Shown here: in pieces, positions 1 through 12,668 of the stretch | How positions within the stretch are numbered: position 1 is the stretch's first letter | How the letters are laid out: each line of letters begins with the position of its first letter | DNA from: Squatina squatina | Lineage: Eukaryota | DNA: 33,111 bases | Reading direction: 5' to 3' | NCBI GenBank assembly: GCA_031763465.1 | Contig: JARFOE010000162.1 | Location: 6,701,194 to 6,734,304 of the forward strand | The notes under the pieces: generated by a model | The model's input: the letters and a program-made list of their open reading frames with translations, nothing else | The model's database searches: none | Told to the model about the DNA's origin: nothing | Made by a program: the position numbers and the translations under genes

Positions 1-2191
1 CCCATTTTTCTTCCTCACTTTGCACTGTTTGATCCACAGCTGCCTTATCCTTGACAAGTGTTCTGATCTGTTCCTGTTAACAGCAGTGAACAATTTGTCC
101 CCAGGCAGGAAACAGGTAACATCTGTCAGTGGAATTTGAAGCACCTGCTTCCTTACAAGATTTTTCAAACCAGTTATTCCTGAAGGAACATCATCAGCAA
201 TATGCACAAAGTGAAATCTCTGGCATTATAGTCGAGTAGCAAAAAAATGATCACTGCATTGGCACACACAAAATCAGTACCTTATACTGATACTCTGAGC
301 TGCTTTAAACTTATTAAACTTTTGAGCATAAAATTGAATGAGCAGATGTTTACCAATGTGGTGCTATTTTAATTATATTTAAAACAACGGCATCAATTTG
401 GACCTTAAAACCATCTTATTATCAATATGTGCAATATCTGGTTGCTTATATTCCAACCCAACTGTAACATTACACAGGTTTAGGCAACATAAAAAATGAC
501 ACTGAACCTTTTGTTGTTAAGATTTTACATTATCTTATCAGTAACATAAAGAATGAGGAGAGATGGACAGACAGCTAAATAAATAGAATAGCTGCTCTGT
601 TGTGTAAATACCAGAAACCTTTGTACCTTGTTAGAATTAAAACAATACATGGGCAAATTATAAAGTGACACAAGACTCTATAGAAAATTGTTAAGTTGCA
701 GATAGGCCTTTGTACAATGTTCAAAGCGCAACAAATTAGTGTGCAGTCAAGCTGCATTATTGTTCTCTCGAAGTAGGGGGAGCTAGTCATTTTTTTCCTT
801 TAGTTTCTCTCCTTAGCCTTGCTCTATTGCAGGCAGTGAGTCACCCTGGTGTACAGTTCTAAAGGCACCAACAGCCCTCCACTACCTTGTCCAACTGGGC
901 ATTCTTCAGGTCTAAAGTTGGACAGCAAGGAATGGAATTTTCCTCTCCATCTGTCACACCACAAAACGTGTGGCAGGGCTGTCCTTCCACCCACTCGAGA
1001 GGCACACCGCTGACTCCAGGGAAGTTTCCAAAAGCAGTCTTACTTAAAGCTTTTGCAGTGGCTCCTGCTGGGCGTCCTACCTGTGCTGGGGAAGAGGGCA
1101 GCTAGAAATGGTTACTGCTGCACGCACCAATTTGCTACAACAGCCTAAAGGAGCAGGTAGCCTGTACATTGGAAAGATTTTGCTGCCTTGCTGAAACTAG
1201 CCATCATCTACCAATTGAAAATCTTTATCAATAGTTCTTCCATCAACCCTACAATCTGCTTATGTATTNNNNNNNNNNNNNNNNNNNNNNNNNNNNNNNN
1301 NNNNNNNNNNNNNNNNNNNNNNNNNNNNNNNNNNNNNNNNNNNNNNNNNNNNNNNNNNNNNNNNNNNNNNNNNNNNNNNNNNNNNNNNNNNNNNNNNNNN
1401 NNNNNNNNNNNNNNNNNNNNNNNNNNNNNNNNNNNNNNNNNNNNNNNNNNNNNNNNNNNNNNNNNNNNNNNNNNNNNNNNNNNNNNNNNNNNNNNNNNNN
1501 NNNNNNNNNNNNNNNNNNNNNNNNNNNNNNNNNNNNNNNNNNNNNNNNNNNNNNNNNNNNNNNNNNNNNNNNNNNNNNNNNNNNNNNNNNNNNNNNNNNN
1601 NNNNNNNNNNNNNNNNNNNNNNNNNNNNNNNNNNNNNNNNNNNNNNNNNNNNNNNNNNNCCCTATGGCAGGGATTAACTAACTCAGAACAGACCAACGAT
1701 TGAACTTAAGACCTTCTTTATTTGTATGGCCCTTTGGCACACCACACAGTGCATTTTCCTCCTGAGCCACCAGGGGAATAAATACTATTCCATTTTCTCA
1801 AAAGTACAAGAGTGCTCCATTCCGAAGAGATCATAATTTCAATTGTTATATTTTTCCTTTAGATATACATTTTCTTTCTTGAACTTTTTTCCCCACATCA
1901 ATTTGTGGTTGGCCATCTATCTTGATGCAAGTCCTAAAGTGAGTTGCAGTTAAGTTATACAATGTCTTTTTTCCCCCCCACCACCTCAATGGGTGCAAAC
2001 TAGGCTACACACTTGGCACAAATGCTCCACAGCAATTTGTGAAAATGCCTGAAGAAAACTAGGTGAAGAAATCTGGCCAGTTTCTCACATTTCTTCCCTG
2101 TAGATTTTGAGAAAAGTGGCAAATGTAAATGACTTGCTGATTGCATGAATCTTTCCTAATGCTGTGTTGCTATCATACTTTTCTTCCACAG

Positions 2192-2277
2192 ACGGAATCA
2201 TAATCACATCTGGCAGGTGCTGATGTATGCTCGTCGAGTGTTCTACAAGATTGATACAGTTAATCCCTTGAACCCTG
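2192..2277 (+). CDS. AKTIP: AKT-interacting protein (FTS/Ft1, UEV domain), internal coding exon, 3' end lost in assembly gap
   Basis: Acceptor atacttttcttccacAG (AG 2190-2191), then phase-2 start a|cgg aat cat... = [28 protein letters not shown]. This nearly matches recalled human [33 protein letters not shown]. It runs into the N-gap at 2278. Confidence 0.93.
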
Positions 2278-2377
2278 NNNNNNNNNNNNNNNNNNNNNNN
2301 NNNNNNNNNNNNNNNNNNNNNNNNNNNNNNNNNNNNNNNNNNNNNNNNNNNNNNNNNNNNNNNNNNNNNNNNNNNNN

Positions 2378-2896
2378 CCAACCAATCAGGTAGGAGTATC
2401 TCTCATTCAAGCTTTGACAGATATGACAGGTCTGTCAAAGCTTGAATGAGAGATACAAAACTACACAAATACATCCAAAAACATTTTAAAAAACTATTCT
2501 AACATTAAAATTTAATAAAAAGGAAATAAATAAGACAAAAAAAATTTAATGTTTAAAAACATACCTTAATGGGAATGGTTTTAAAGTAATGTAGCATTAA
2601 TTTTCTTTGTTTTAAATTTTTTTTTACAACTCTTACGCTGGTAAAACCAAGCAGATACGCTAGGTTTTACCATGCGTAAAAGATTTCCAGTGTAAGCTTT
2701 GCAAAAATCTCGCAAAACTCAGCATTGGAAATCAGTTTGCCTGGCTAACCATATGATCTGTCAAGACAGATCTTGATCAATTGCAAATGCCAGATCTACG
2801 GGCATGTATGGAGCGGCCACAGATCAGGCATTTGCGATGTCTCCCCGGGTGCGTGGGAACATCACTCCCACCCAGGGAGATCGCAATTTCAGGGCC
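2378..2896. mobile_element. hairpin-rich MITE-like element in AKTIP intron
   Basis: Four local inverted repeats (2396-2456, ~2633-2678, 2756-2773, ~2785-2833). Terminus gcaatttcagggcc resembles the other TIR ends. Confidence 0.55.
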
Positions 2897-3938
2897 ATTA
2901 ACTTTTCACATTCTTACAGCACCTAATCCATTTCCCTGGGATTCTCTCTCCATTATATTAGCAAAGGGGAGAACCCATTTGTTTTAAGCAGTTTAAGGCC
3001 TCCATTAAAGCAGCAGAGGGAAGTATTTCAGACAAAGGCATTAAGTATTCACAGGCCAGTATAATATCAGATGTAACTTAAGGCTGCAAGAAATTCTTGG
3101 AGGCAATGAGTTATCTAGCACAGTGCTGTCTCCATAAGACCATATTATTTTGAGTCGCTTGACACATTGAATGAAGAAGTTGTTACTAACAATAATCCTG
3201 AGCTGCAAAAAATAAATTACCCTGGTTGATTCATGATTTGCTGGAATGCAGTGCAGTGAGCTTTGAGGATCTAGTACTGCAGATCAGAAAACAGATTTAA
3301 TTGTACTGCATCTTGTTCATGAGAGCTAAGTACCAGCCCCTCTTTGAAGGTCTAAGTCAGTAAGCAAAATAATAATAACATTAAAACTTTTTTTTAAGGA
3401 ATAGTTTAACAGAACACATCTGGAGAAAACCTGTATGGGGTCAGATGGATTCAAGCAAGAATGGTTGGACTTCATCCAAGCTTCTTACTCCTATCATTTA
3501 AGTGAATGGTCATTGTGATTCATAACAAGACCACATTGAGGTTTCATTATGAATACTTTTGAAATCAGCAATAACACATCTGCTTCATACTAGCAATCAA
3601 ACCAAAGCTAAAATAATATTAATTGCATTATTTAATATACTAGCACTCTTTTTTTGTACGAGGTGATAGATAGGATCATGTTACTACAGTTGAAATTGTA
3701 AAAAAAGAGCTACATAAAAAGATCAGATAAGAAAAAATATGAGGCTTGATTTTTTTTTCAGGTTTCCTTAGGCTTGCTGAATTAATAAAATTTTTCCATT
3801 TTACATCCCCCTGAAGTATAAAACAGGTAGGGCATGGTTCAGTGATACTGAGTCGTTTCCTCTTTCATTCCTTGGCAATATCTCTTGCCTCCTGTTAACT
3901 GTCAGAAGACCTTCCTTNNNNNNNNNNNNNNNNNNNNN

Positions 3939-4212
3939 ATCGATCTCAGCCTTGAATATGCTCAACGACTCAGCACCCACAGCCCTCTGAGGTAGACAAT
4001 TCCAAAAGATTCACACCCCTCTGGGTGAGGAAATTTGTCCTTATCACAGTCCTGAATGGCCAATCCTGAGATTATGCCCTCCAGTTCTGGACTCTCCAGC
4101 CAGGAAAAACAGCCTTTCAGCATGTCAAACCATCTCAGAATCTTATATGTTTCAATGAGATCACCTCTCAGTCTTTTAACCTCCAGAGAGTACAGGCCCA
4201 TTCTACTTGATT
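3939..4212 (-). mobile_element. CR1 LINE ORF2 C-terminal fragment
   Basis: Translates GLYSLEVKRLRGDLIETYKIL, the CR1 ORF2 C-terminal signature LxSLExRRLRGDLIExYK. Confidence 0.85.
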
Positions 4213-5710
4213 TAAAGCATACCAAGATAAGTTGTGAATATTATTTGTGGGCATAATATAAATTGCACAATTGCTCTTGAAAGAAGTAAACTAGCAAGAC
4301 TAAAATCCTGCAGGACTATGAAAGATCAAAATCACAAATTATATAATTTCACCATAAGGCAGAAACTGATCAATACGACTGAAAATCAAATCAATCAAAC
4401 AAGCATAATTTATAAAGCAAGAGTTCAAAGTACAGAATGAGCTTTGTTCCCAAGATAACAAAATATTAAAGCCAATGGGACAGATTTTCTTGTTCCAGTG
4501 CCAAGGGCTATTGGATTACCCAGGCACAACGAATACAGGAAAATCAGGCAGGAGGAGCCCACACCCCAACTGAGTCTGTCTAAATTATGCATCAATAATT
4601 TAAATGGACAGAAGATCAGACACGCTCCCTTACAGGCCCGAGCACCTTCCGGCCCTATTGTTCTGTATCCATTGCACCCAGGCGTTCCAATAGCAGGAAT
4701 CAAAAATCTGTGCCCAGAAATGCCTTGTGGATGCCAAACCTTTCAGACTGGAGGTATTAGTGCATATTAGCAGAAAGTGTTCTTTCACTGATTTATTTAC
4801 AAAGGTGCTCTTTTTATTGAGAAAATCTGTAATAATTACCTATATGTGTATGGAGCTGTGATGTTAATTTATTAAATTTCTCAGATTATGGTAAATCACA
4901 TGCATGTGAGTGTTCATAAGCATTGTTATTTTGTTGCATTTAGTTTCAACCTGGCTGGTAGAGCTGCAATTTTGTTTTAAATTGAAATTGAGTACAGTAG
5001 GTTAATGTTCTGGGCCTCTCAAAGCTAAGATTGTCCTATTTTCAAGCTGTTTTACGGTGTGCAAAGGTTGAGAGTGCTGGAGATCAATTCAACTCTGATC
5101 TTTAACAGCTAACAACGAGAGGAAATCTTCATTCTTTTCTCCGAGTTGGATTTAACTTGGTTATGACCGTGTAGGGTGGGGCCAGATGGTACGGCGCTGA
5201 ATTAACTTGCACAATTGAAGTTCTTGCTGACAATTTTATGGCTTAAACAAAAAAAAATCCAAAACATTGCAAATGAGTAACACGAATTGGTCAGCGCCAC
5301 GTTGGCAGTGTTAGTTTCCAAAAAAAGGATTTGTTAGCGCAGGTTTCAGGGGCCTGCAAAAAAAAAAATGAGGCATTGGTCTCTTTTTTTTTTAAATTAA
5401 GTGGTGGAGCTCATGGGGCTTGATAGGGGCGCTAATCAACTCACCTGCAGCTTCAAGGGGGAGAAGCACTCTGAACTGGGCCAATTCCACGAGCTTTGTA
5501 TTTGGTGCTAATCATTTTCCAGACCATTCCAGCCCTTAAAGACAATGTGCAACATCACTTTATCTGTTGCGTGTGGTGTGTGGAAGGTGGATGATGGCTG
5601 CTGCAGATCCNNNNNNNNNNNNNNNNNNNNNNNNNNNNNNNNNNNNNNNNNNNNNNNNNNNNNNNNNNNNNNNNNNNNNNNNNNNNNNNNNNNNNNNNNN
5701 NNNNNNNNNN

Positions 5711-5952
5711 ACGTTCAAAAGGCACTTGGACAGGTACGTAGATAGGAAAGGCTTAGAGGGATATGGGCCACACGCGGGCGAATGGGACTGGTTTAGATGG
5801 GCATTTTCCTAGGCACGGACCGGTTGGGCCGAAGGGCCTGTTTCTGTGCTGTGTGATCCTATGACTCTACGACCACGTATATAAAATTATGAAGGGTATT
5901 GACAGGGGAAGCTGCAGGAAACTTTTCCCACAAGTTGAAAATAAAGAGACAA
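5711..5952 (+). mobile_element. CR1/HER1-type LINE 3' end plus short adjacent ORF2 fragment
   Basis: FKRHLDRY..RKGLEGYG remnant, 3' UTR gggccgaagggcctgtttctgtgctgt and ctatgactcta tail. Followed by a YKIMKGID-like piece. Confidence 0.78.
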
Positions 5953-6576
5953 GTCAAAGTTTAAAAGGTATTAAGCAGCACAAAGAAATCATATTGGACT
6001 AATTCTTCTATGTGACAGTAATGTGGCTTAGAATAGAGAGCATGGTCCAGAATACAGATGTTAGAAAGGATTGTGGTGGCGCTTATATCAAAGCAAAAAA
6101 TAATCAAGTAGAAGAGTCCACTGACAGACACAGAAGAATAGCCAAGTACCATGTGTTTTGACGTTTCAATCAGTACTGCCATACTAACCAAATCCCATTT
6201 TGATGACAGGAGCTGCATTAAATTTAATGTTTTGTTCTTTCATTGACCGATGAGACAAGTTACTGGATTACCATTTAATGGAGTTTGTTGCTGGAATTTA
6301 ATCCCCCAGAGAGTATGATAACCTTTCATACCATTTAAACAACATGGCTGTGCTACAGTAACTTTATTTTAAATCCTCTTTTTCATTAATCTCTTTGGTA
6401 ATATTTAGCATTGAACATTACAATGTTGCAGAATATCTTCCCTCCCATAAAAAATCTTTCCAACTAACTTTGTTTCAATCTATTACTTCTCTACTCCTTG
6501 TACCCGTTCGTGGCTCAGAAATGATCACTATCGGTGAGACACTCTTCTACTTTGCACAATGCTAAAGTGTACACCT

Positions 6577-7207
6577 GAGCTGGAATCTTTACCGGTGAGT
6601 CGAGGAGGGTGCGTGCGGGCCATCGCGGGTCACCATCCCAAAATTTTGAACAGGTGTTCTGCACTGTGCGTTTAGCTCAATTACATCAATTAAAACAGAC
6701 ATGCAGATTTCCCGGCTATTTAAATGGAGCGGGTCTGCTGATGTCATCGATGACTCATTTTATGCTCATATTTGAAGCAGCCTTGCACACATCCCAGTTG
6801 AAGGTTGTTGGAGGAGACATAAAGTTGGTTGGAAGAGGTGGCAATTGCTCGATATCGGAGAGATTTGTGTGGGTGCAAGCAGACATGGAGTCACTGCGGC
6901 AGAATGCTGCACCCAGATTTACTGATACCTCCCTAGAAGTCCTGATCTAGGCAGTCAGAGTATGGAGGGAGGTCCTGTTCCCTGGGGCATGGCTGGCGAT
7001 TGCGGAGGAGGTCAGCAGCAGGGATGTGATCAGGCCGCCCTGGATCAAGTGCTGGAAAATATTTAATGATCTCATGAAGTCAGGAAAGGTGAGTGCAATG
7101 CCATATTCAACCCCAAATCCATCATTCTGCCTTCCCAAACCTACTCCTGCACATCACTCCTCACACCAACCTACCTTGCAAGGGCACCCATCCCTCATTG
7201 TCGATGC
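6577..7207 (+). mobile_element. PIF/Harbinger-like DNA transposon fragment with decayed Myb/SANT-like ORF
   Basis: 6885-7088 in one frame reads MESLRQNAAPRFTDTSLEVLI*AVRVWREVLFPGAWLAIAEEVSSRDVIRPPWIKCWKIFNDLMKSGK, then AAG|GTGAGT. TIR-like start gagctggaatcttt. Confidence 0.75.
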
Positions 7208-9699
7208 NNNNNNNNNNNNNNNNNNNNNNNNNNNNNNNNNNNNNNNNNNNNNNNNNNNNNNNNNNNNNNNNNNNNNNNNNNNNNNNNNNNNNNNNNNNNN
7301 NNNNNNNTGTAATGCCATGAAATGAATCTGTCTGGTGCGGCTGCCTATAAAAAACATTCCAATTCAAACATTTTGTTCTGGATCAGTGTGGCACAAACCA
7401 CAGGGATTTTTCCTGTTTACTGTTTAACTATACTGTACTAATAAAAACTGCTGCCAACACCACCAGCAAGAAGGCACTTCCTACAGGAAGGACACAGGAA
7501 ATGTGAGGATTTAGTAAGGACATCGCCCTGACTCTTGCTGAGTAAGGATATGGATGCTATTAACTTTCATTATTATGCTGGCTTCCTTTTACAGAGAGAG
7601 AAAAAAAACCCACACACTAATTAATATTGGTTGTTACATTTAGGATTTTCTAAACTCCATAGCTATGGGTATACTAGCACTGTGTGATAGTATCATGGGC
7701 ATCACCATGGTTATTTTGTAGTGCAGTGCTTAATACCTAATCCCATGTGTTTGAAACAGTAACTGTTCTGTCTTCAGGTTCCAAACCATGATGTCATGTT
7801 GGCTCACAACAATAATTAAAAACAAACTTTTCACTGGAGGACGTTGTGTGTGTTTTCTGACCATTGGTATTTATCCTCTGGGGAAACTTATGTTTGGAGC
7901 CTAAAGATGTGATAAAGTATGATTTTTTTTTTACTCNNNNNNNNNNNNNNNNNNNNNNNNNNNNNNNNNNNNNNNNNNNNNNNNNNNNNNNNNNNNNNNN
8001 NNNNNNNNNNNNNNNNNNNNNNNNNNNNNNNNNNNNCTCGTGCTCCTTTGATTCTCTTTGTGTCACAGGAGTCACTGTGAACATTTGCCTTGCAGCTGTT
8101 GCAATGTACACTAGTATGCAGAGAAGAAAATACCACACTGGTACCAAAGAACAAATCACTATGGTGTCTGGCAAAGAATTTGGCACTAGCGATGACTGCA
8201 GAGAATGTCGGGTCTATAATACTTCACACATTTATAAACACAATTGTTAGATTTATTGTCTTTGTCCATTTATAGTCAGCATGTGATCCATGGTTAGGGA
8301 TGAGCATTCAAAATGGCTTACGGTGCCTTTATATTTGGCATTTCTGTCACTTGGCTTGCAAGATGGTAGTTTCCATGCACATGCTGCCTGCATTTACATC
8401 ACTAGAACTGGATTTATTATTCTGCTAGAAGAATTGTAGCTTGAGTACTTTTTAAACCTGGTTGCACACCATGCTAGAGATAGTCATACAACTCCAAACC
8501 CACTTAGTCTGAGATGTCCTGGAGCTGCGTTCACACCATTTGGCTGTATTTTGTTCCAGGGTAGGATCAGGACTTTACTCTTGAGTTATGCTGCCATTTA
8601 TATGTCAGCGTACAGCCAAAATCATTGTATGCTGATGTGAAAATAGCAATGTTGCTGCACCCATAGACATCCCAGTGAACCACTACAGATTGAATGAATC
8701 AGACAAAGTGTAGGCCTGGAAATTCCTGGTGCCTGCTCCACCAATGCAAGTGTGGTGCAGTGAGACTTATGCCCACCAAAATCAGGGAAGGTTAACCCCA
8801 TCAGAAATTCCAGGGTCAGCTCATTTAAATAATGCTGGCAGGGAAAAGGGCAGGAGTCCTGCCAGCAGGGAGCCAGATATGCCTAAGAGCATGGAAAGGT
8901 GGCATAGCAAAGCCATAAGATTCCTACTTAAAGGGATGCTAGCAGTTGAAGGCTTGAGCGGGTTCTTGCAGGAGGGACTGTAATGAAGAACTAAAGCAAA
9001 AAGTCAAGCTTTTAATTTTTCAGAGGCAGATGTGGAACTATTTTACAAATTACAAAATGGAGGAATGCCATTGTTAGAGTACCATAGTTGGTGTCAGCCC
9101 TGGCAGTAATAACCCTAGCATAACATTGTATGAAATAGCATCAAACCAAGACTTAAAGATTGGTAAGTAGAGCTCATCATAGGGGTAGTGCTGAAAAGGC
9201 AGGCCTCAATCACTGGGCGTACTATGTTCAAAGACCAAAATCAGCAAGCTCTTTTACTGTAGATGCATGGCAAAATTTCCATTAAATGACAAAGACATCT
9301 GATGCTGAATGCTTTGAATGGAGCTACAATTCAAGTGGTTTTGGATTCCAAATTTGTTTTTGATCTTTATATAAGGCATTGCATCCTGAAAGCCATCTGT
9401 TCACAACTTTATTCAGTAATTTTTTTAAATATTAGATTCCTGCATTTTGTATTCAGTATCATTTTCCCCATTAGAATACTTCATACAATATGTCATTGTA
9501 AATTTAATAAACAAATTTTGATACTTTAGTGTTTGAAAATGGAATTCTTAAATAACGACTGTTTGAGGGAAGCTGCACTGCTTAATTTGGTGAATTGCTG
9601 CTGGTAGATTTGTTAACATTGCAAATGTATGAACAAAAATCTGTCAAACAAAATACTTCCCTAAATGTTTTTCAATTTAAAGTGGTTAGTGTTTCTCCT

Positions 9700-10010
9700 A
9701 TCCCAAGGATATGGTAATTAGTTTTTCTGACCCTGGACTAGTATCTCAGAGGTCTGAAGTTCAAATCCTACCATGACAAGTTATGAAGTTGAATTCACTA
9801 AATCTGGTCATTTGTGGGGGGAAATAACCACAAAAGCTGCTGGATTGTTATAAAAACCCAACCGGTCCGCTTTCCATTTTCAGAAGGGAATCTGCCTTCC
9901 CCATCTACAACTCAACTCTTACTTTCTGTGGCCCTCTGCTATGACCGAGCAAACGATTCAAATGTAAACTGGGCCACTAGGGTGGGCAATAAATGTGGCT
10001 CTGGTAAATT
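9700..10010 (+). mobile_element. tRNA-derived SINE (degraded)
   Basis: B-box-like gttcaaatcc at ~9759 and LINE-derived tail ctagggtgggcaataaatg, related to the reverse complement of 10370-10492. Confidence 0.65.
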
Positions 10011-10369
10011 AAAAATCCTACCATTTATAATGAGGGTTTGATAGGATGGACATTGTGTGGCCCAGTAACAGAAATGGTAGGAGGAGAGACAGAGTTGGTT
10101 AGGGAATCAATTCCTTAACTGTAATAATAAACACCAGGATTATCAAGTTCACAGTCAATAAGAATATTTTGACAACGACTACATAGTAGTTACATATAGT
10201 TGGCACCCAACTTTAGAATGGAATTTACTGCTGATGCTACAAAATGAAAACAGATTTTAGTAATTAGTTTAAGCACCTTAATGGGACAGAAATTCGGCCT
10301 TTGATTATTACAAGTTACTGTGTAGTCAGACACCTAGCGTACTAATGATATATATGTGTGAAATATTCT

Positions 10370-10492
10370 TTTATTTTATTCATTCATGAGATGTGGGCAT
10401 CTCTGGCAAGACCATTGCTGATCCCTAATTGTCCTTGAGAAGGTGGTGGTGAGCCACCTTTTTGAACTGCTGCAGGCTGCAGTCTATGTGGT
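10370..10492 (-). mobile_element. LINE 3' terminus (tail shared with SINE at 9700-10010)
   Basis: The reverse strand reads ...caattagggatcagcaatggtcttgccagagatgcccacatctcatgaatgaataaaataaaa. Confidence 0.65.
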
Positions 10493-11379
10493 NNNNNNNN
10501 NNNNNNNNNNNNNNNNNNNNNNNNNNNNNNNNNNNNNNNNNNNNNNNNNNNNNNNNNNNNNNNNNNNNNNNNNNNNNNNNNNNNNNNNNNNNAAAGCAGC
10601 GTGCTCGCTCTTATCAAAAATACTGCTGTGAAATGTGCACTAATTTCATGATTAAACCCCAAGGCTTTAACCATCAAGCACTAAAAATATTGAAATGTAT
10701 CAACATACAAACATTGAACATGTAACTACTTGTGAATATTACAGCATGTTATAGAAGTACTGACGAGTCAAGGGTTCTAGCTGTAAAGTATTGTTACCAT
10801 GAAGGTTACAGAAATGATAGAGTGTGATATAATGATTGAGGCCATCAACTTGGAGTATTATTGCACACTCAGGATTTACTTCTGCAATAAGCCTATCATT
10901 AGTCCTCTAATTACAGGCTGAAGCTTGCTGCCAGTATTTGGTTTATTATACCCACGAGCTAAATTAAATTGCTTAACTGGAAATGCTTTTTCCCTTTTTG
11001 GGCAAATTTTAACCTATGCTTTGTGACATCAGTGCACAATAGGATTTGCTCTGCTGCCCACCTCTATCACCTCATGAGAGATTAGAGTTTGGATTTGTTT
11101 TTTAAGATTTGCTTTTGAATCCACCTTAGAATGTCATCAAATTTGTTTGTTTAGAGGTTCAAAGTCAAAGTCAGAATCCAGCCCATGAGTTTCCTCAAAC
11201 GGTCAGAATTTTTTTTTACATATTTCCTGCATCTCCCACCCATTACACTGCTTTGGGAAATTATTGCATTCCCACCTCTGGACACTCAGGGAAGAACAAC
11301 AGACACATCCTCACTCTTCTTCAGGCAAATTAACCTGCAACGGCACCCAGGAAAACAGAAGCATATTTTGATGCCATAG

Positions 11380-12095
11380 TGCCCGGGCGCAGGCACTGGG
11401 GTGGACGGGCGGGAATTTCTGCAGACTGTCAAAGATCAAACGCACTGCGACGGCATTAGCTTCACCCTCCGCACCAAAGATTAGACTTTTCACCATCAGA
11501 CGTCCAGGGATTGGAAAGTCCATGTGCCAGGGATCCACTAGACTATCCAAGAAAATGTCCAGATACTGGTCACTAAAGTGGCAGAGATCAAGGGAGCCCA
11601 ATTGGTCTTTGGATGTTGGTGCCAATATTGGCGCTAAATGGGCATTAGAGGTCTTACGCCCGCTGGCGGCAGCAACAGTTTGCGCCGCAGTANNNNNNNN
11701 NNNNNNNNNNNNNNNNNNNNNNNNNNNNNNNNNNNNNNNNNNNNNNNNNNNNNNNNNNNNNNNNNNNNNNNNNNNNNNNNNNNNNNNNNNNNAAGCAGTA
11801 ACTGCAATGAGTTTCAACATTGTCTTTAAGGGCTTGAGTGGGCTGGAAACTGATTGAGCCTCGTCAACTAGTTCAGTCAATTGGTCCTGTTGAAAGTCTC
11901 TTGTCTCCTTTGCATCACACCTGAGTGCTATAGAGCTCAACTGAAGCCCGATTAGCACCCAGCCAGAAAAAACCTATTTAAAGGGATCAATTCCACGCGT
12001 TTAAAGAGCGACGCAGAAACAGCGCCAAAAACACACCTTTTCCCCAACTTAAGATTCCAGCGCGGCGCACTAATACTGGGGCCCCAAATATTCTA
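11380..12095 (-). mobile_element. second Harbinger-like element with more degraded Myb/SANT remnant (spans a gap)
   Basis: GC-rich block. The - strand reads HFSDQYLDIFLDSLV...FP...EANAVAV...QKF, matching the same motif spacing as the 6885-7088 copy. Confidence 0.5.
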
Positions 12096-12571
12096 CTAGA
12101 GTTATAGACAGGAAACAAAAGAAAGTCCCAACATCTTAATCGCCAACAGTAAGACAGTTTCCATGACAACCACATGCCTAACATCCCTGCTGCTCACCTA
12201 ACTTCCCTTGAATTACTTGACTTCGACCTAGGACTAAAAATCTCTCTCCATTGCTTCACTTAAATTTATCTGCAATCTTTTTTGCTCTCATAACCATGAT
12301 AGCTCTCTAAAACCTTTCAACTTTCTGTCAAGCAAAATCAAGACCCCCAAATCGAACTTCCCCACTGCTGAAATCGACATGTTTGGTAATCTCAATGTTC
12401 AGTATTAGCAATGGCCCTGTTCCTCTATTGACCAAGTTGGAGCGAATGAAGAGTTCTTTATTATGAACAATNNNNNNNNNNNNNNNNNNNNNNNNNNNNN
12501 NNNNNNNNNNNNNNNNNNNNNNNNNNNNNNNNNNNNNNNNNNNNNNNNNNNNNNNNNNNNNNNNNNNNNNN

Positions 12572-12668
12572 GTTGATGTAGAATTTCAGCCATGATCTTA
12601 TTGAATGGTGGAGCAGGCTTGAAGGGCTGAATGGCCGACTCCTGTTACTATTTCTTATGTTCTTATGT
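12572..12668 (+). mobile_element. CR1 LINE 3' terminus with octamer tail
   Basis: cagccatgatcttattgaatggtggagcaggcttgaagggctgaatggcc..., ending in (ttcttatg)2. Confidence 0.8.

Noticed and set aside
5109-5188. AG...GT-bounded candidate coding exon
   Set aside because: All three frames contain stop codons.
9024-9110. Acceptor followed by EADVELFYK, vaguely like AKTIP EKDIQLFKSK
   Set aside because: The similarity stops after a few residues and the frame ends in a stop without the VVDSV/DPYAI motifs.
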